From Lama guanicoe (taxonomy: Eukaryota): a stretch of 64,000 nt of DNA. The stretch covers positions 384,598-448,597 of the forward strand of contig MU054166.1 in NCBI GenBank assembly GCA_013239625.1. The letters are read 5' to 3'. A model generated the notes under the pieces. That model was not told the origin of the DNA. It worked only from the letters and a program-made list of their open reading frames with translations, and made no database searches. Below are positions 29,122 through 41,599 of the stretch, in pieces. Numbering within the stretch: the stretch's first letter is position 1; every line of letters starts with the position of its first letter. The position numbers were made by a program, and so were the translations under genes.

Positions 29122-29815
29122 NNNNNNNNNNNNNNNNNNNNNNNNNNNNNNNNNNNNNNNNNNNNNNNNNNNNNNNNNNNNNNNNNNNNNNNNNNNNNNN
29201 NNNNNNNNNNNNNNNNNNNNNNNNNNNNNNNNNNNNNNNNNNNNNNNNNNNNNNNNNNNNNNNNNNNNNNNNNNNNNNNNNNNNNNNNNNNNNNNNNNNN
29301 NNNNNNNNNNNNNNNNNNNNNNNNNNNNNNNNNNNNNNNNNNNNNNNNNNNNNNNNNNNNNNNNNNNNNNNNNNNNNNNNNNNNNNNNNNNNNNNNNNNN
29401 NNNNNNNNNNNNNNNNNNNNNNNNNNNNNNNNNNNNNNNNNNNNNNNNNNNNNNNNNNNNNNNNNNNNNNNNNNNNNNNNNNNNNNNNNNNNNNNNNNNN
29501 NNNNNNNNNNNNNNNNNNNNNNNNNNNNNNNNNNNNNNNNNNNNNNNNNNNNNNNNNNNNNNNNNNNNNNNNNNNNNNNNNNNNNNNNNNNNNNNNNNNN
29601 NNNNNNNNNNNNNNNNNNNNNNNNNNNNNNNNNNNNNNNNNNNNNNNNNNNNNNNNNNNNNNNNNNNNNNNNNNNNNNNNNNNNNNNNNNNNNNNNNNNN
29701 NNNNNNNNNNNNNNNNNNNNNNNNNNNNNNNNNNNNNNNNNNNNNNNNNNNNNNNNNNNNNNNNNNNNNNNNNNNNNNNNNNNNNNNNNNNNNNNNNNNN
29801 NNNNNNNNNNNNNNN
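29122..29815. other. Assembly gap (largest; others at 5326-5505, 12297-12430, 24653-24697, 46211-46390)
   Basis: Runs of N. Confidence 0.99.
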
Positions 29816-31147
29816 CACTGTTGTTAGGAATGTAGATTCGAGCAGTCACTTTGGAAAACAGGATGGGGATTCCTCTAAAGTATAAAAATAAACTTAACAA
29901 GTGATCCAGCAATCCCATTTCTGGGTATATACCAAAGGGAACCATATTTCAAAAAGACACCTTCACCCCAATGTTCTTAGCAGTGTTATATACAACAGCC
30001 ATGACATGGAAGCAAATTAACTGTCAAACAACAGATGAGAGTATACAGAAATTATGCTGTATTTACACAATGGAATAATATTCTGCAATAAAAAATGATA
30101 AAACAATGACATTTGCAGCAAAATGTATGTCCCCAAAAAGTGTCATTCTTATTGAAGATAGCCAGAAAGAGAAGGAAAAATAATACATGACATGAGATAT
30201 GTAGAAACTTGAAAAATAATTTGGATGTGAACACTATGATTTCATCTACAAAACTGAAACAAACTTGCAGAACTACTTAATAATCTTATGATTACTGCAG
30301 AAATTGACTGGTAGAGGATATATTTGGGAGCAGTAGATTTATAAATGTCATCCACTATATATAAAAATAAATGTTTTCAAAATTTCTTTTGTATAACACA
30401 GGGCAGTAAGTCAAATACCATGAAGTAACGTTAAAAAGGCACAGAAATATATGCATGTACGGGGACACTGTGCTAAACACCTCAGATTGACACATTGTAA
30501 ATGGCATACTTCAATGATAAATAAATGAATAAATATTCAAATAAGTAAATAAATAAATAAATAATGTAAATAAATATATTTAATAATAAAGGAAATACAA
30601 AGATTCACACTACTTAAATTTACACATCAAAAATCTAGGGAAAAACAGAAAGAATAAAGAAGAAAATTGAATAAATTAGAGCAAGGCAAATAACAAGACA
30701 AAAATTGAAAAGATAAGAAAAATTATACCTAAGTCTGTTTCTTTTCAACATAAAGTGGACAAAAGTTTAGGTTGGATAAGAAAATAAAGACTCAAATAAA
30801 ATTTGAAATAAAAGAGCAGATATTACCACTAAAGTTGCAGAGATGCATACCATAATAAGAAATTACCACTAGCCAACGATTTGAATGACCTAGAACAAAA
30901 GATAGATTTCCAGAAACATATGTCTTCCAACACTGAATCAAAAAGGAAATAGAAAGTTAAATTCTGCAAAAGTGTGTATGAGTAAATCAGTAATCCAAAG
31001 CTCCCAAACCAGAAAAAATTTACAAGATGACTTTAATGGTGAATCCTGTCATACATTTGAAATAAATTTTTCCTCAATTCTTCCCCAAAACTTTCAAGAA
31101 TTTGAAGGGGGTGAAAGATTCCAAAGTTGTTTTATGATGCCAGCTTT
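29816..31147 (+). repeat. Near-identical second copy of 27790..29121 (L1 3' end plus older L1) across an N gap
   Basis: Offset 2026. The same ORF translations appear (MVPFGIYPEMG..., MCMSKSVIQSSQ...) with a few substitutions. Confidence 0.92.
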
Positions 31148-31459
31148 ATTTGCATAACAAAGCTAAAAACGACATGAAATGAAAAATATAGAACATTATC
31201 CCTGATGAACATATGTGCCAAAATTCTCAACAAAACACAAGCAAAATGAATTCAACAACACATTTAATGTATCATAAACATACATGTGTAAAGGGATTTA
31301 TCCCTGGGTATAAGGATACGTCAAAATATTTAAATCAATAAGGTGACATCCCACACTAATAGAATGAGAAACAAAACTCACATAATCATTTCAATAGGTG
31401 CAGAAAGAACATTATATATAATGCAACATCTTTTTAAGGTACTCCCAACAAATTAAATT
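30590..31459 (+). mobile_element. Older LINE-1 ORF2 fragment (continuation)
   Basis: atccctgatgaacatatgtgccaaaattctcaacaaaa, gggatttatccctggg. Confidence 0.7.
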
Positions 31460-31464
31460 AACCC

Positions 31465-31907
31465 TGTCAGTGGCACGATATCATAAACACACAAACACTG
31501 TGTGGAGAGAAGCGAAGCAGTTCACAGTTTATTGATTCTTACAAAAAGATATATATATGATATTCTCAATACCTCACATATCATCTAAGTTATAACAATG
31601 TTAATAATCTTAAACTATTTATGTCCCCATGCTCCTACAGTAAGCACAGGATGTTAAATGATCAAGGACTGTTTTAAAGTTCATCACGGAACTTCATTAA
31701 GTAGCCCATCTCTTATCCAGCAGGCTGTGCCTGTCTTAGTTTGCCCTCCTCTGAGGATCTTACCCAGCATGTGATATCCAGCCATCCATACTGGATATAT
31801 TGAGTAGAAAATTTGTTATCCACCCTTTATATGTGACATTCCTCACAGCTTGTTTATCAGTTCAGTCCATGGGCTTATTCTCTAGAGCCTTCAGACAGGG
31901 GCCAACA
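31465..31907 (-). mobile_element. Solo LTR of an endogenous retrovirus (443 bp)
   Basis: TG...CA termini flanked by direct repeat AACCC (31460-31464, 31908-31912). Minus-strand TATA-like run ~31550 and AATAAA ~31530. Non-L1 sequence embedded among L1 pieces. Confidence 0.7.
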
Positions 31908-31974
31908 AACCCAACATCCCTTAACAGAAAAATGGATGAAGAAAATTTGATGTATATATGCAATGTAATCAATA

Positions 31975-34900
31975 CTTTGCTTTCCTATCAACAGTGTCCA
32001 AGGTGATCCTTTTTCTCCACAACCTCACCAACATCTATTTCTTTTCTTTTTGATGAGAGCCTTCTTACAACTGTGAGGTCTTGTCTCATTTTTGGTTTAT
32101 GAGTTTCCTAATAAATTATAACTCTGAACATATTTTCATGTGTCATTTATTCAACTGTATGTTTGCTACAAAAAATTGATTCAGATATATATATTCAGTT
32201 CCTATGGACTTTTTTAAATTGGATTGTTTGGTCATTTTTGTTGTGGTGCTGGTGTATGAGTTTGCCATATAGTTGCATGTTAACACTTGATCGGAAAATA
32301 TCACTTGCAAATATATTCTCCCATTGTGTTGGTTGACTTTTCATTTTATTGATCATTTCCTCTGCAGCGTAAATCTGTTTAGAGTGATACAATCATATTT
32401 TGTTAGTTTTGCTTCTGCTTCCCTTGCCAGAGGAGACATATGTAGAATCAAATTAAGTCCAATGTCAGAGTATGCTTCTTATATTTTACCCTAGGATTCT
32501 TTGTTTTCAGGTTTTATGCTTTATATGCCCAGGAGTGGGATTGCTGTGTCATTTGATAGGTCTATTTTTAGTAATTAAAGGAACTTCCATACTATTTCCA
32601 AAGTGGTTGCACCAATTTTCATTGCCACCAACAGCATTGGAGAGTCCCTTTTTCTCCACAACCTCCCGAATATTTATTTTTTGTAGATATTTGGATGACA
32701 GCCCTTCTCAGTAGTGTGAGGTAAAACATTATATTTTTGTCTTGCCTTTGTATAATGATTTGTTACGTGAGCATGTTTTTATGTTCCTGTTTGTCACCTG
32801 TGTGTCTTCTTGAGAGAATTCTCTTCTGCTCATTTTCTGTCTGTGTTGTTGTAGATTTTTGAAATTGAGTTGTATGAACGATGTGTGTATTTTAGAAATT
32901 AGTCCTTTTTTGATTGCATTGTTTCCAAATGTTTTCGCCCATTCGGAATTTCATCTTTTCATTCTGGTTATTTTGCTGTATAGAAGTTTGAAGTTTAATT
33001 TGGATCTATTTGATTATTTTGCTTTTGTTGTTTTCAGCTTGGGAGTGTGACATAAGAAAATTTCGCTAAAATTTGTCTTGTTTTCCCTATGTTAGATTCC
33101 AGGAATTTTATTGTGTCATGTAATAGATTCAGATATTTAAAGCATTTTGAATTTATATTTGTACAGTGTGAGGGAGTGTTCTAATTTGATTGAGTTACAT
33201 GTACCTGTCTAGCTTTCTCAACATGACTTGCTGAAGACTGTCTTTAGGCATTGTATATTTTTGTTTCCTTTGTCGTAGTTCAGTTGACCATAGGTGTAAT
33301 GTTTTATTTCTACCTCTGTGTTCTGTTCCAGTGATATAGATGTTTGTTCATTTTCCAGCATTGTGCTGTTTCGATTACTGATTTGCAATATAGTCTGAGA
33401 TCTGAGAGGGATATGGCTTATGCCTCCAACTTTGTTCTTTTTCCTCATTGTTTCTTATGCAGTTCTGGTTCTTTTGCTGTTCCATACAAATATTAGGACT
33501 GTTTTAAGTTCTGTGGAAAATATCATGTAATTCGATCTGAATCACTTTATATGTGTAGACATATTTTGTAGTATGTATATTTTTGTAATATTAATTCCTC
33601 TAAACTAAGGCCTTGAGATTTCTTTCCATTTCTTTGCATAATCATCAAATTTATTTATCAGTGTTCTATTGATTTTATTATCTTTGATTTTTCATAGATT
33701 CTTCATTTTTGATGTGATTTCATATGGATTTTTTAAAATTATGTAATATTTCATTGTTAGTGTAAAGAAATGTGACAGTTTTTGTATATTAATCATGAAT
33801 CATCCTACTTCGCTAAATGTCTTTATTAGTTTTTGTTGTTTTGGTGTGGAGAATATTTATGGTTCTCTCTATAGTTTATCATGTCATATAAAATAATGAC
33901 AGTTTTACTTCATTCAATCTAACTTGAATAACTTTTTTTCTTGTCCAATTGCTGTTGCTAGGTCTTCCCATACTTTGTTTAAGAGAAATGACGAGAGTGG
34001 GCATCCTTGTTTTATTCCTTAATTTGGCTTTCAATTATTTACTTTTGCATATTATGCTGTCTGTGGGTCTGTAATTAATGAATTTAGTGAGGTTGAGATA
34101 TATTTCCTTAATCCTAACTTGGAAAGAGTTTTCTGTTTTTGTTGATTCTGTTTTTCTTGTTGTTGTTGTTGCTGCTGTTTTAATGAATAAATTTGAAGTT
34201 TGTGAAATGCTTTTTATCAATTTATTGGGATGACCACGTCATTTTCCCTTTTTCTTTTGTTTATGTGGTGTATCAAACTGATTGATTTCATGTAATTTCA
34301 ACCTCTCTTATGACCGTGAAATGAATTAAAGTTGATCATGTTGTTTCATTCACTTTAGGTATTGCTGGATTTAGTTTGCTAATAATTTTTTTTTTGAATT
34401 TTTCATCTATATCAATCAAAGTTATTGGCTTGAAATTCTCTTTGATTGTACTTTGTTTGTTGGCTTTGCTATCAGGGTAATGATAGCTTCATAGAATTAT
34501 TTTGGGAGTTTCTCACGTGTTCACTATTTTTGAAAAGTTTGAAGAGTATAAGTTCTGCTTAATATTTTTGTACATTTCTCCATGGGAGCTGTTTAAATCT
34601 GCCCTAATATTTCACGATTTTTTAAATGCTGATTCTATCTTCTAGTAATCAGTTTGTTCAAATTATTTGTTTCTCCTTATAACTGTCTATTTCTAGACAT
34701 TTGTCTACTTCTTCTAAGTTGTCCAGTTTGTTTGCATGTAAGAGTTGACAAAATGTTTCCTTTTTTGTATATCTGAGGGTACAATTGTTATTTCTACAAT
34801 TTTATTTCTGAATTTATTTCTTTGGAGCACCTCTCTTTTCTTCATGATGCACCTGGATAGAGGTTTTTTGATTTTGCTTTTCTAAAAAAGAAAACAAAAA

Positions 34901-34980
34901 ACAAAATCTTTGGTTTTACTACTCTTCTGCATGGTTGTTTTTACTCTCTAATTTATATTTACACCTGTAATATTTAGGAT
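31975..34980 (-). mobile_element. Two antisense LINE-1 ORF2 fragments (junction ~32515)
   Basis: Minus-strand peptides MINKMKSQPTQWENIFASD and MRKKNKVGGIS..TYGQLNYDKGNKNIQ. The 3' ORF2 region occurs twice. Confidence 0.8.
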
Positions 34981-34985
34981 CATGT

Positions 34986-37900
34986 ATTTTTTTATTACCT
35001 TTTTTTAATTGATTTTTAATCATTTTACATAGTTGTCTCCAATTCCATTGTAGAGCACAATTTTTTAGTTACAAAGAACATTTATACATTTGTTGTCCCA
35101 TTTTTTCCATTGTGGTCTGCCGTATATTTCCCTGTGCTATACGGTACAATCCTGTTTATCTATTCTACAATTTTGACCTCCGAGTCTGTCTCTACCCAAC
35201 CCCAACACTTGGCAACCAAAACTTTGTAGTCTCTGCCTGCGAGTATATTTCTGTTTTGTATTTATGCATTTATTGTTTGGTTTAGTTTTGTTTTTAGATT
35301 CCACTCATGAGCCATCTCATATGGTATTTTTCCTTCTGTTTCTGGCTTACTTCACTTAGACTGATTTCCTCATGGATCATCCATGTTGCTGAAAATGGCA
35401 TTATGTTGTCAGTTTATAAGAATGACTCCTGTTCCATTATATAAATATAACACCACTTCTTTATCCAGTCAACTTTTGATGGGCATTTAGGCTGTTTCCA
35501 TGTCTTGGCTATTGTAAATATTGCTGGCTATGAATATTGAGGTGCAGGTGTCTTCCTGAAGTAGGGTTCCTTCTGGATTAATGCCCTGGAGTGGGATTCT
35601 TGGGTTACATGGTAAGTCTATTCCTAGGCTTTTGAGGAATCTCCATCCTGTTTTCCACTCTGGCTGCACCAATCTTCATTGCCACCAGCAGTGAGGGACC
35701 GTTCCCTTTATTCCACAGCCCCTCCAGCATTTTTCCTTTGTGGATTTTTGAATGATGGCCATTCTGACTGGTGTGAGGTGAAACCTCATTGCAGTTTTGA
35801 TTTGCATTTCTCTGATAATCAGTGATTGAGCCTTTTCTGATGTGCCTTTTTATCATTTGTATGTCTTCCTTAGAGAATTGTTTGTTTAGGTATTCTGACC
35901 GATTTTGGATTAGGCTGTTTATTTTTTCTTATTCAGTTAGATAAGCTGCTTATATAGTCTGGAGATCAAGCCTTTGACGGTTTCATATGCAAATTTTTTT
36001 CCCATTCCGTAGGTTTTCTTTATGTTTTACTTCCGGTTTCTTTACTATGCAGAAGCTTGTAAGTTTCATTAGGTCTCATTTGTTTATTCTTGCTTTTATT
36101 TCTTCTATGAGAAAACTTTCCAGACGTATGTCAGATAAAGTTTTGCCTATGTTTTCCTCTTGTAGGTTTATTGTATCTTGTCTTATTTTTAAGTGTTTTA
36201 TCTCTTTTAGTTTATTTTTATTGTATCTTGTTCTAGCTTCATTGGGAGTGTTCTAACTTCATTGAATTACATGCTGCTCTCCAGTTTTCCCAACACCAGT
36301 TGCTGAAGGGACTATCTCGATACCATTGTAATTTCTTGTCTCCTTTGTCTAAGATTAATTGACCAAACGTTTGTGGGTTAATTGCTGGGCTCTCTATTGT
36401 GTTCCATTGACCTATATGTATGTTTTTCTACCAATACAGTGCTGTCATGTTGACTATAGCTCTATAGTATTATCTGAATCGTAAGCGTAAAGAAATGCCA
36501 CTGATATTTGGATCTTAATTTGTAACCAGCTTCCTTGCTGAATTATTTGATCAGCTGTAGTAAATTTTGTCTGGATCTTGTAGGGTTTCCTATATATAGT
36601 AAGATATTTTCTGCATATACTGAGACTTTTACCTCTTCCTTTCCAATTTGCATCCCTTTTACTTCTCTCTCTTATTTGATTGCTGTGGCTAGGACTTCCA
36701 AGATTATATTGAGCTGGAGTGGTGATTGTGTGAATCCTTGTCTTGTCCCAGATTTTAGTGGGAAGAATTTGACTTTCTCACCGTTGAGTACTATCCTTGC
36801 TGTAGGTTTTTTATCTATTACTTTCATGATGTTGAGGTTTATTCCCTCTATGGCCACTTTGTGAGAGTTTTTATCATACGTGGGTGTTGAATTTTAACAA
36901 ATGCTTTTCCTGTACCTATTGAGAAAATCATACGGTTTTGGTTCTTTCTCTTGTTGATGTGCTGTATTACATTGATTTATTTGCATATGTTGAACCACCG
37001 CTGTGTCACTGGCATGATCCCCACTTGGTCATGTTATATAATCCTTTTTCTGTGTTGTTGGACTCTATTTGGTACTATTTTGGTGAGGATTTTGGCGTCT
37101 GGGTTCACAGTGATATTGGCCTATAATCCTCTTTTTGGTAGTGTCTTTGCCTGGTTATTGTATCAGGGTGATTGTGGATTCATAGAATGACTTTGGGAGT
37201 ATTCCTTCCTTTTCAATCATCTGGGGGATTTTGAGAAGTAGTGGTATGAGTTCTTCTTTATGTTTGGTTGAATTCCTCAGTGAATCTGTCTGGTACTGGA
37301 CTGCTACTTGTAGGGAGGTTTTATATTGCTACTTTGATTTCATTTCTAGTGCTCTGCTTTTTCCAGGTGTCAGTTATGTCTTGATTCAGTCTTGGTGAAC
37401 AGTACGTTTCCGGAAACTTGTCCATCTCTTCTAGGGTATACAGTTTGATTCAATATACTTTTCATCATATTCTTGTAAGATATTTTTTATTTCTTAATTT
37501 TTGTGATAATTTCTACATTCTCCATTCTAATTTTGGTAATTTGTGCTCTCTCTCTTTTCTTCTTTTTGATTTTGGCCAGAGGTTTGTCGATTTTACTTAC
37601 TTTTTGGAAAAACCAGCTTTTGAATTGGTTAATTTTTTCCTATGGTTTTTTTTAATCTCTATTTTATTTATTTCCTCCCCAATATTGATGATTTGTTTCC
37701 TTCCCCTGCCTTTTGGGACTTTTTGGTTCTTCTTTTTCTAGTTCACTCTGCTGGTGGGTTAAATTGTTTATTTTTGGTTGTTCTTCTTTTTTGAGGTAGG
37801 CCTGTATGACTATAAACTCCCCTCTCAGCACTGCTTTTGCTGTGTCCCATAAATTTTGTGGGGTTTTCCTTTCATTTTCTTTTGTCTCAAGGTACTTTTT

Positions 37901-40900
37901 TATTTCAGATTTGATTTCTTCATTGATCCATTTGTATTTTAATAACATATTGTTTAATCCCCATGTTTTCCTTTTGTTGTCCTTTGTTTTCCTGTTGTTG
38001 ATTTCTAGCTTCATGGTGGCATTGTGTTCAGTAAACATGCTTGAGGTAATTTCTGTCTTTTTAAAATTGCTGAGGTTTCTTTTATGTCGAAGTACATCAT
38101 GAATCCTGGAAAATGTTCCACGTGCACTTGAAAAGAATTTATATCCTATTCTGTGGGGGGTGCATTGCTCTGAAAATATCCACCAAGTCTAATATTTCTA
38201 TTGTTTTATTTAACTTCTGTGTTGCCTAATTTATTTTCTGTCTCGATGATATCTCCAGTGATGTTAATGCAGTGTTGAAATCTCCAAATATGAATCCTCC
38301 TTTATATCTGTTAGTAATTAATTTATGCACTTATGTGCTTCTGTGTATGGTGCATATATATTAACGAGTGTGCTATCCTCATATTGTATCACTCCTTAAA
38401 TCATTATAAAATGTCCTTCTATATCTTTCTTTATGGCCTTTGTTTTAAAGACTATTTTGTCTGAAATCAGTTCTGGAACACCTGCTTTTTGGCTTTCAAA
38501 TTATTTGGAATACCCTTTTCCATCCTCTCACTCTCAATCTATATGTGTCCTTCTCTCTGAAGTGGGTCTCTTGTATGCAGCATATTGAAGGTTCTTGCTT
38601 TATTATCCAGCCTGCCACTCTATGATTTTCGACTGGAGCATTTAGTCCATTAACATTTACAATAATTGATGATAGTCTTGTGTTTATTGCCAATTTGACC
38701 TATTTTTGCAATTGATTTGGTATTTCCTCTTTGTTTTTTTCATCTTCCTTTTATGGTTTGGTAATTTTCCTTTGTATTATCGTGAATTTTATTTAGTTAA
38801 GTGACCTCCTGATAAGTTTTTCTTCTTGTTACCCTTTTTTATAAGTCCATTAGACCATTATTATAACTGCTTTTATTAAATGGATAGTAACATGATCTCC
38901 AACCCATCCTACTGAGAACAAAAAATTTTAAATAGAAAGACCAAAAATATAAATTCTCTATTTTCCTGTCTCCCTCTCCCACTCTCAAAGATTTGTATGT
39001 CTTGTTTTAAAATTTTGTGTTTATTTTTTTTGTAATTCATGAGTTATCACCTTTAAAGATGTGAGTTTCTCATTTCTATAGCATCCTGCTTCTTTCTTTT
39101 TAGAGAAGACATTTCAATAATTCTTTTAGCATGGGTCTAGTTTTGCTGAACTTTTGAACATTTTTCTTGTCTGTAAAATACTTTATGTCTCCTTCTACCA
39201 AAAAGAATACCCTTGCTTGTTTAAGTAAAGGTTATAACATTTTTATCATTCAGCACTTTGAATATATCTTGCCACTCACTTCTGGCCTGTTGTATTTGTG
39301 TAGTGAAATCAGCTGGGAGCCTTATGGGGATTCCCTTGTAACTCACTCTTTGCTATTCTCTTGCTGTCTTTAGGATCATTTCTTTATCCTTTCCTATGGC
39401 CTTCTTAATTCTATGTCTTGGTATGGGTGTATTTGTGTTCTTTCTTTATGGGACACTCTGAGCTTCCTGTATTGGATATCTGATTCCTTCTTTAATTTTC
39501 AGAAGTTCTCAGCCATGCTATCTACAAAAACCTTTGCAATCCCCTTTGATCTTTCTTCCCCTTCTGGGACTTTTATCATGCCAAGTTTGGCATGCTTTCT
39601 ATTATACCATAGGTCTCTTAGGCTTTTTTCATTTTTTTCTCATTGTTTCTCTTGTCACTCTACTGATTGGATGTTTTCTATTGTCCTGTCTTCTAAGTCA
39701 CAAATTCGTTTCTCTGCATTATCTAGTCAGCATTGAGACCCCTTAAGATTATTCCTCATCTCAGTCAACGGGTTTACCTATTCTACTCAGCTCTTCTTTA
39801 TAGCTTCCATTTCATTTTTGACATATTTTATATCTCTAAACACTATCTCTTTTATTTCCTTCAGTATTTAAATCACTCCATTTTTGAAATCTTCATCTAG
39901 TAGGATATCGATGTCTATGTCACTGATAATCCTTGCAGGATATTTCTCTTGTTCTTTTAATTGTGAATGTTTTCTCTGCTTCTTCATATTTCTACTACAT
40001 CACTGGCACTGTGTTTTATGGAGTATCAGTTATCTACCTTGGTCCCAAATGAGTATATCTACCTAATGCCTATGTAGTAATACAACTTAGAAAATAGGAA
40101 AAAGGAGAGAGAGGTAAAAAATTTTAAAAAGGGAGAGATAAAGCTTTGAAAACATTTTATAATGAATAATATTAATGCAAGTTGAAGCAGAGTTTTGAAA
40201 AATAATAATAATAATATTTTAAAAAATTTCAAAAAGATTGAAATGGGAGTATATATAATTGCATAAGAAGTAAAAATTAAGAGGATAATAGAAAATGGAA
40301 CAGATAAAACAGATTAAAACTAGGGGGTGTTTGTGTCCTGCTGGAGACAGTGTACTTTTAATGTGAATTCTTTCTGTATTCATTCTGTTTTGGAAGCTCA
40401 GCTTGCTGTTTCCAGAGGCCCTCCATTGGAGCACTCATCTGTGCTGCTCCCAGGGCATATCATCAAGCAGATCGCTCCTACACCCAACACTGGTTTAGGT
40501 GCAGCTCACTTTATTCTGGGCTGGCTTGTCATTGCCCTGCTAGATGCTGCAGTCAGTTGTTGCAGACTGACCAGGCAGGATTGTGCATCATGTCCTCTCC
40601 CAGCACCATGGTCAGGGGCTGATTTACAGCTCAAAAGCTGAGGGGCCACCCGCCCCCTCAGGTTGCAAATCACTCTGCTGCTCTGTGCCACTCTACGCTC
40701 TGCCTCAGGTTTGCAAACCGGGACTGGGCTCAGGAAAGACTGAGGAACAGCCCTGTCCCTGGTCTGGGCTATAATCCAGCTCCTTGTTCATCTTGGCAGA
40801 CAAGTTCTCTGAGGAATCAGGACAGTAGGATCATATTTGCCTCATGCTTCCGACAAGTCTCAGTCTGGCCGTTGATGCTGCTAAGTCCTAAGGTGTAGAT

Positions 40901-41592
40901 GCAGGTTTTACCCCCACTGCCGCCTGGGTACAAAGCACCAGAGGCTATGGTGGCTGTTTCTGAGCCCCAGCTCTCATCACCTGGAAACATTTGTGGAAAT
41001 TCAGAGATGGAGATTGCACCCTTCCCCCCACAGGGTACATCTGCCCTGTTGTTTAATGGAGGGCCCAGGTTGTTCTGCCCTGTGCACCCACAGCCATGGT
41101 TCAAAGCCCACTCCATTCCCCTGGGCCACCACAGTGCTGCCATCCTCATCTACCACCCAAATCAGGCAGCATGGCCCTGCCCCCAGCTTTGGGGATGCAT
41201 TTTTGGCTGGGTGTCAAAGGGATTCTCTGTGCCTGTTTGACTTAGTTCTGTCAGGCAACTTATACTTTGTACAGGTCCAAGACTTGGAGGCTCCCCCTCC
41301 GTCCTGCTGACCACTCAGTTGGAGAGGGGAGACACAGTGAATGAGCACCAGTCTTTCTTTGATGCTCCCTCCCCGTGAGAACTGTCCCACTGTTTTGCCT
41401 TTTCTTCTTTCTTTCTTCCATTTCTCCTACCAGATTTTTTGCATCTTTATCTATTGAAGAAGACAATGTTATGTCAGAGTACTGCAGGTTTTCTGTTTAG
41501 CTGAGTGGGTCTGTGGATGTGAGTCTTGGTGCATTTTTGGGAAAGGGAGAGCTACAAGCATCTTTTTACTCCACCATATTTGCCTCCATCCC
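34986..41592 (-). mobile_element. Near-full-length LINE-1 (5' UTR, ORF1, ORF2, 3' UTR, T-tract), inactivated, with an internal deletion near 36480
   Basis: Peptides MAINTRLSSIIVNVNGLNAPVENHRVAGWIIKQEPSICCIQETHF (ORF2 start) and KPTARIVLNGEKVKFFPLKSGTRQGFTQSPLQLNIILEVLA (RT). Poly-T remnant ~34986-35010 and GC-richer 5' UTR at ~40320-41590. Confidence 0.92.
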
Positions 41593-41599
41593 AGAAAGT

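Larger units (their letters stand above)
1..36992. repeat. Tandem amplicon unit A (phase set arbitrarily by the window start)
   Basis: Bases 1..24992 align colinearly with 36993..64000, with the same L1 order, microsatellites, unique DNA and HSFY. Confidence 0.9.

Noticed and set aside
28946..29945. Long ORFs of 234-293 aa
   Set aside because: Artefacts of translating through N runs. The same applies to ORFs at 5304, 12263 and 46121.
34986..41592. Possible active L1
   Set aside because: ORF1 and ORF2 are broken into short pieces, there is an internal deletion, and I found no target-site duplication.
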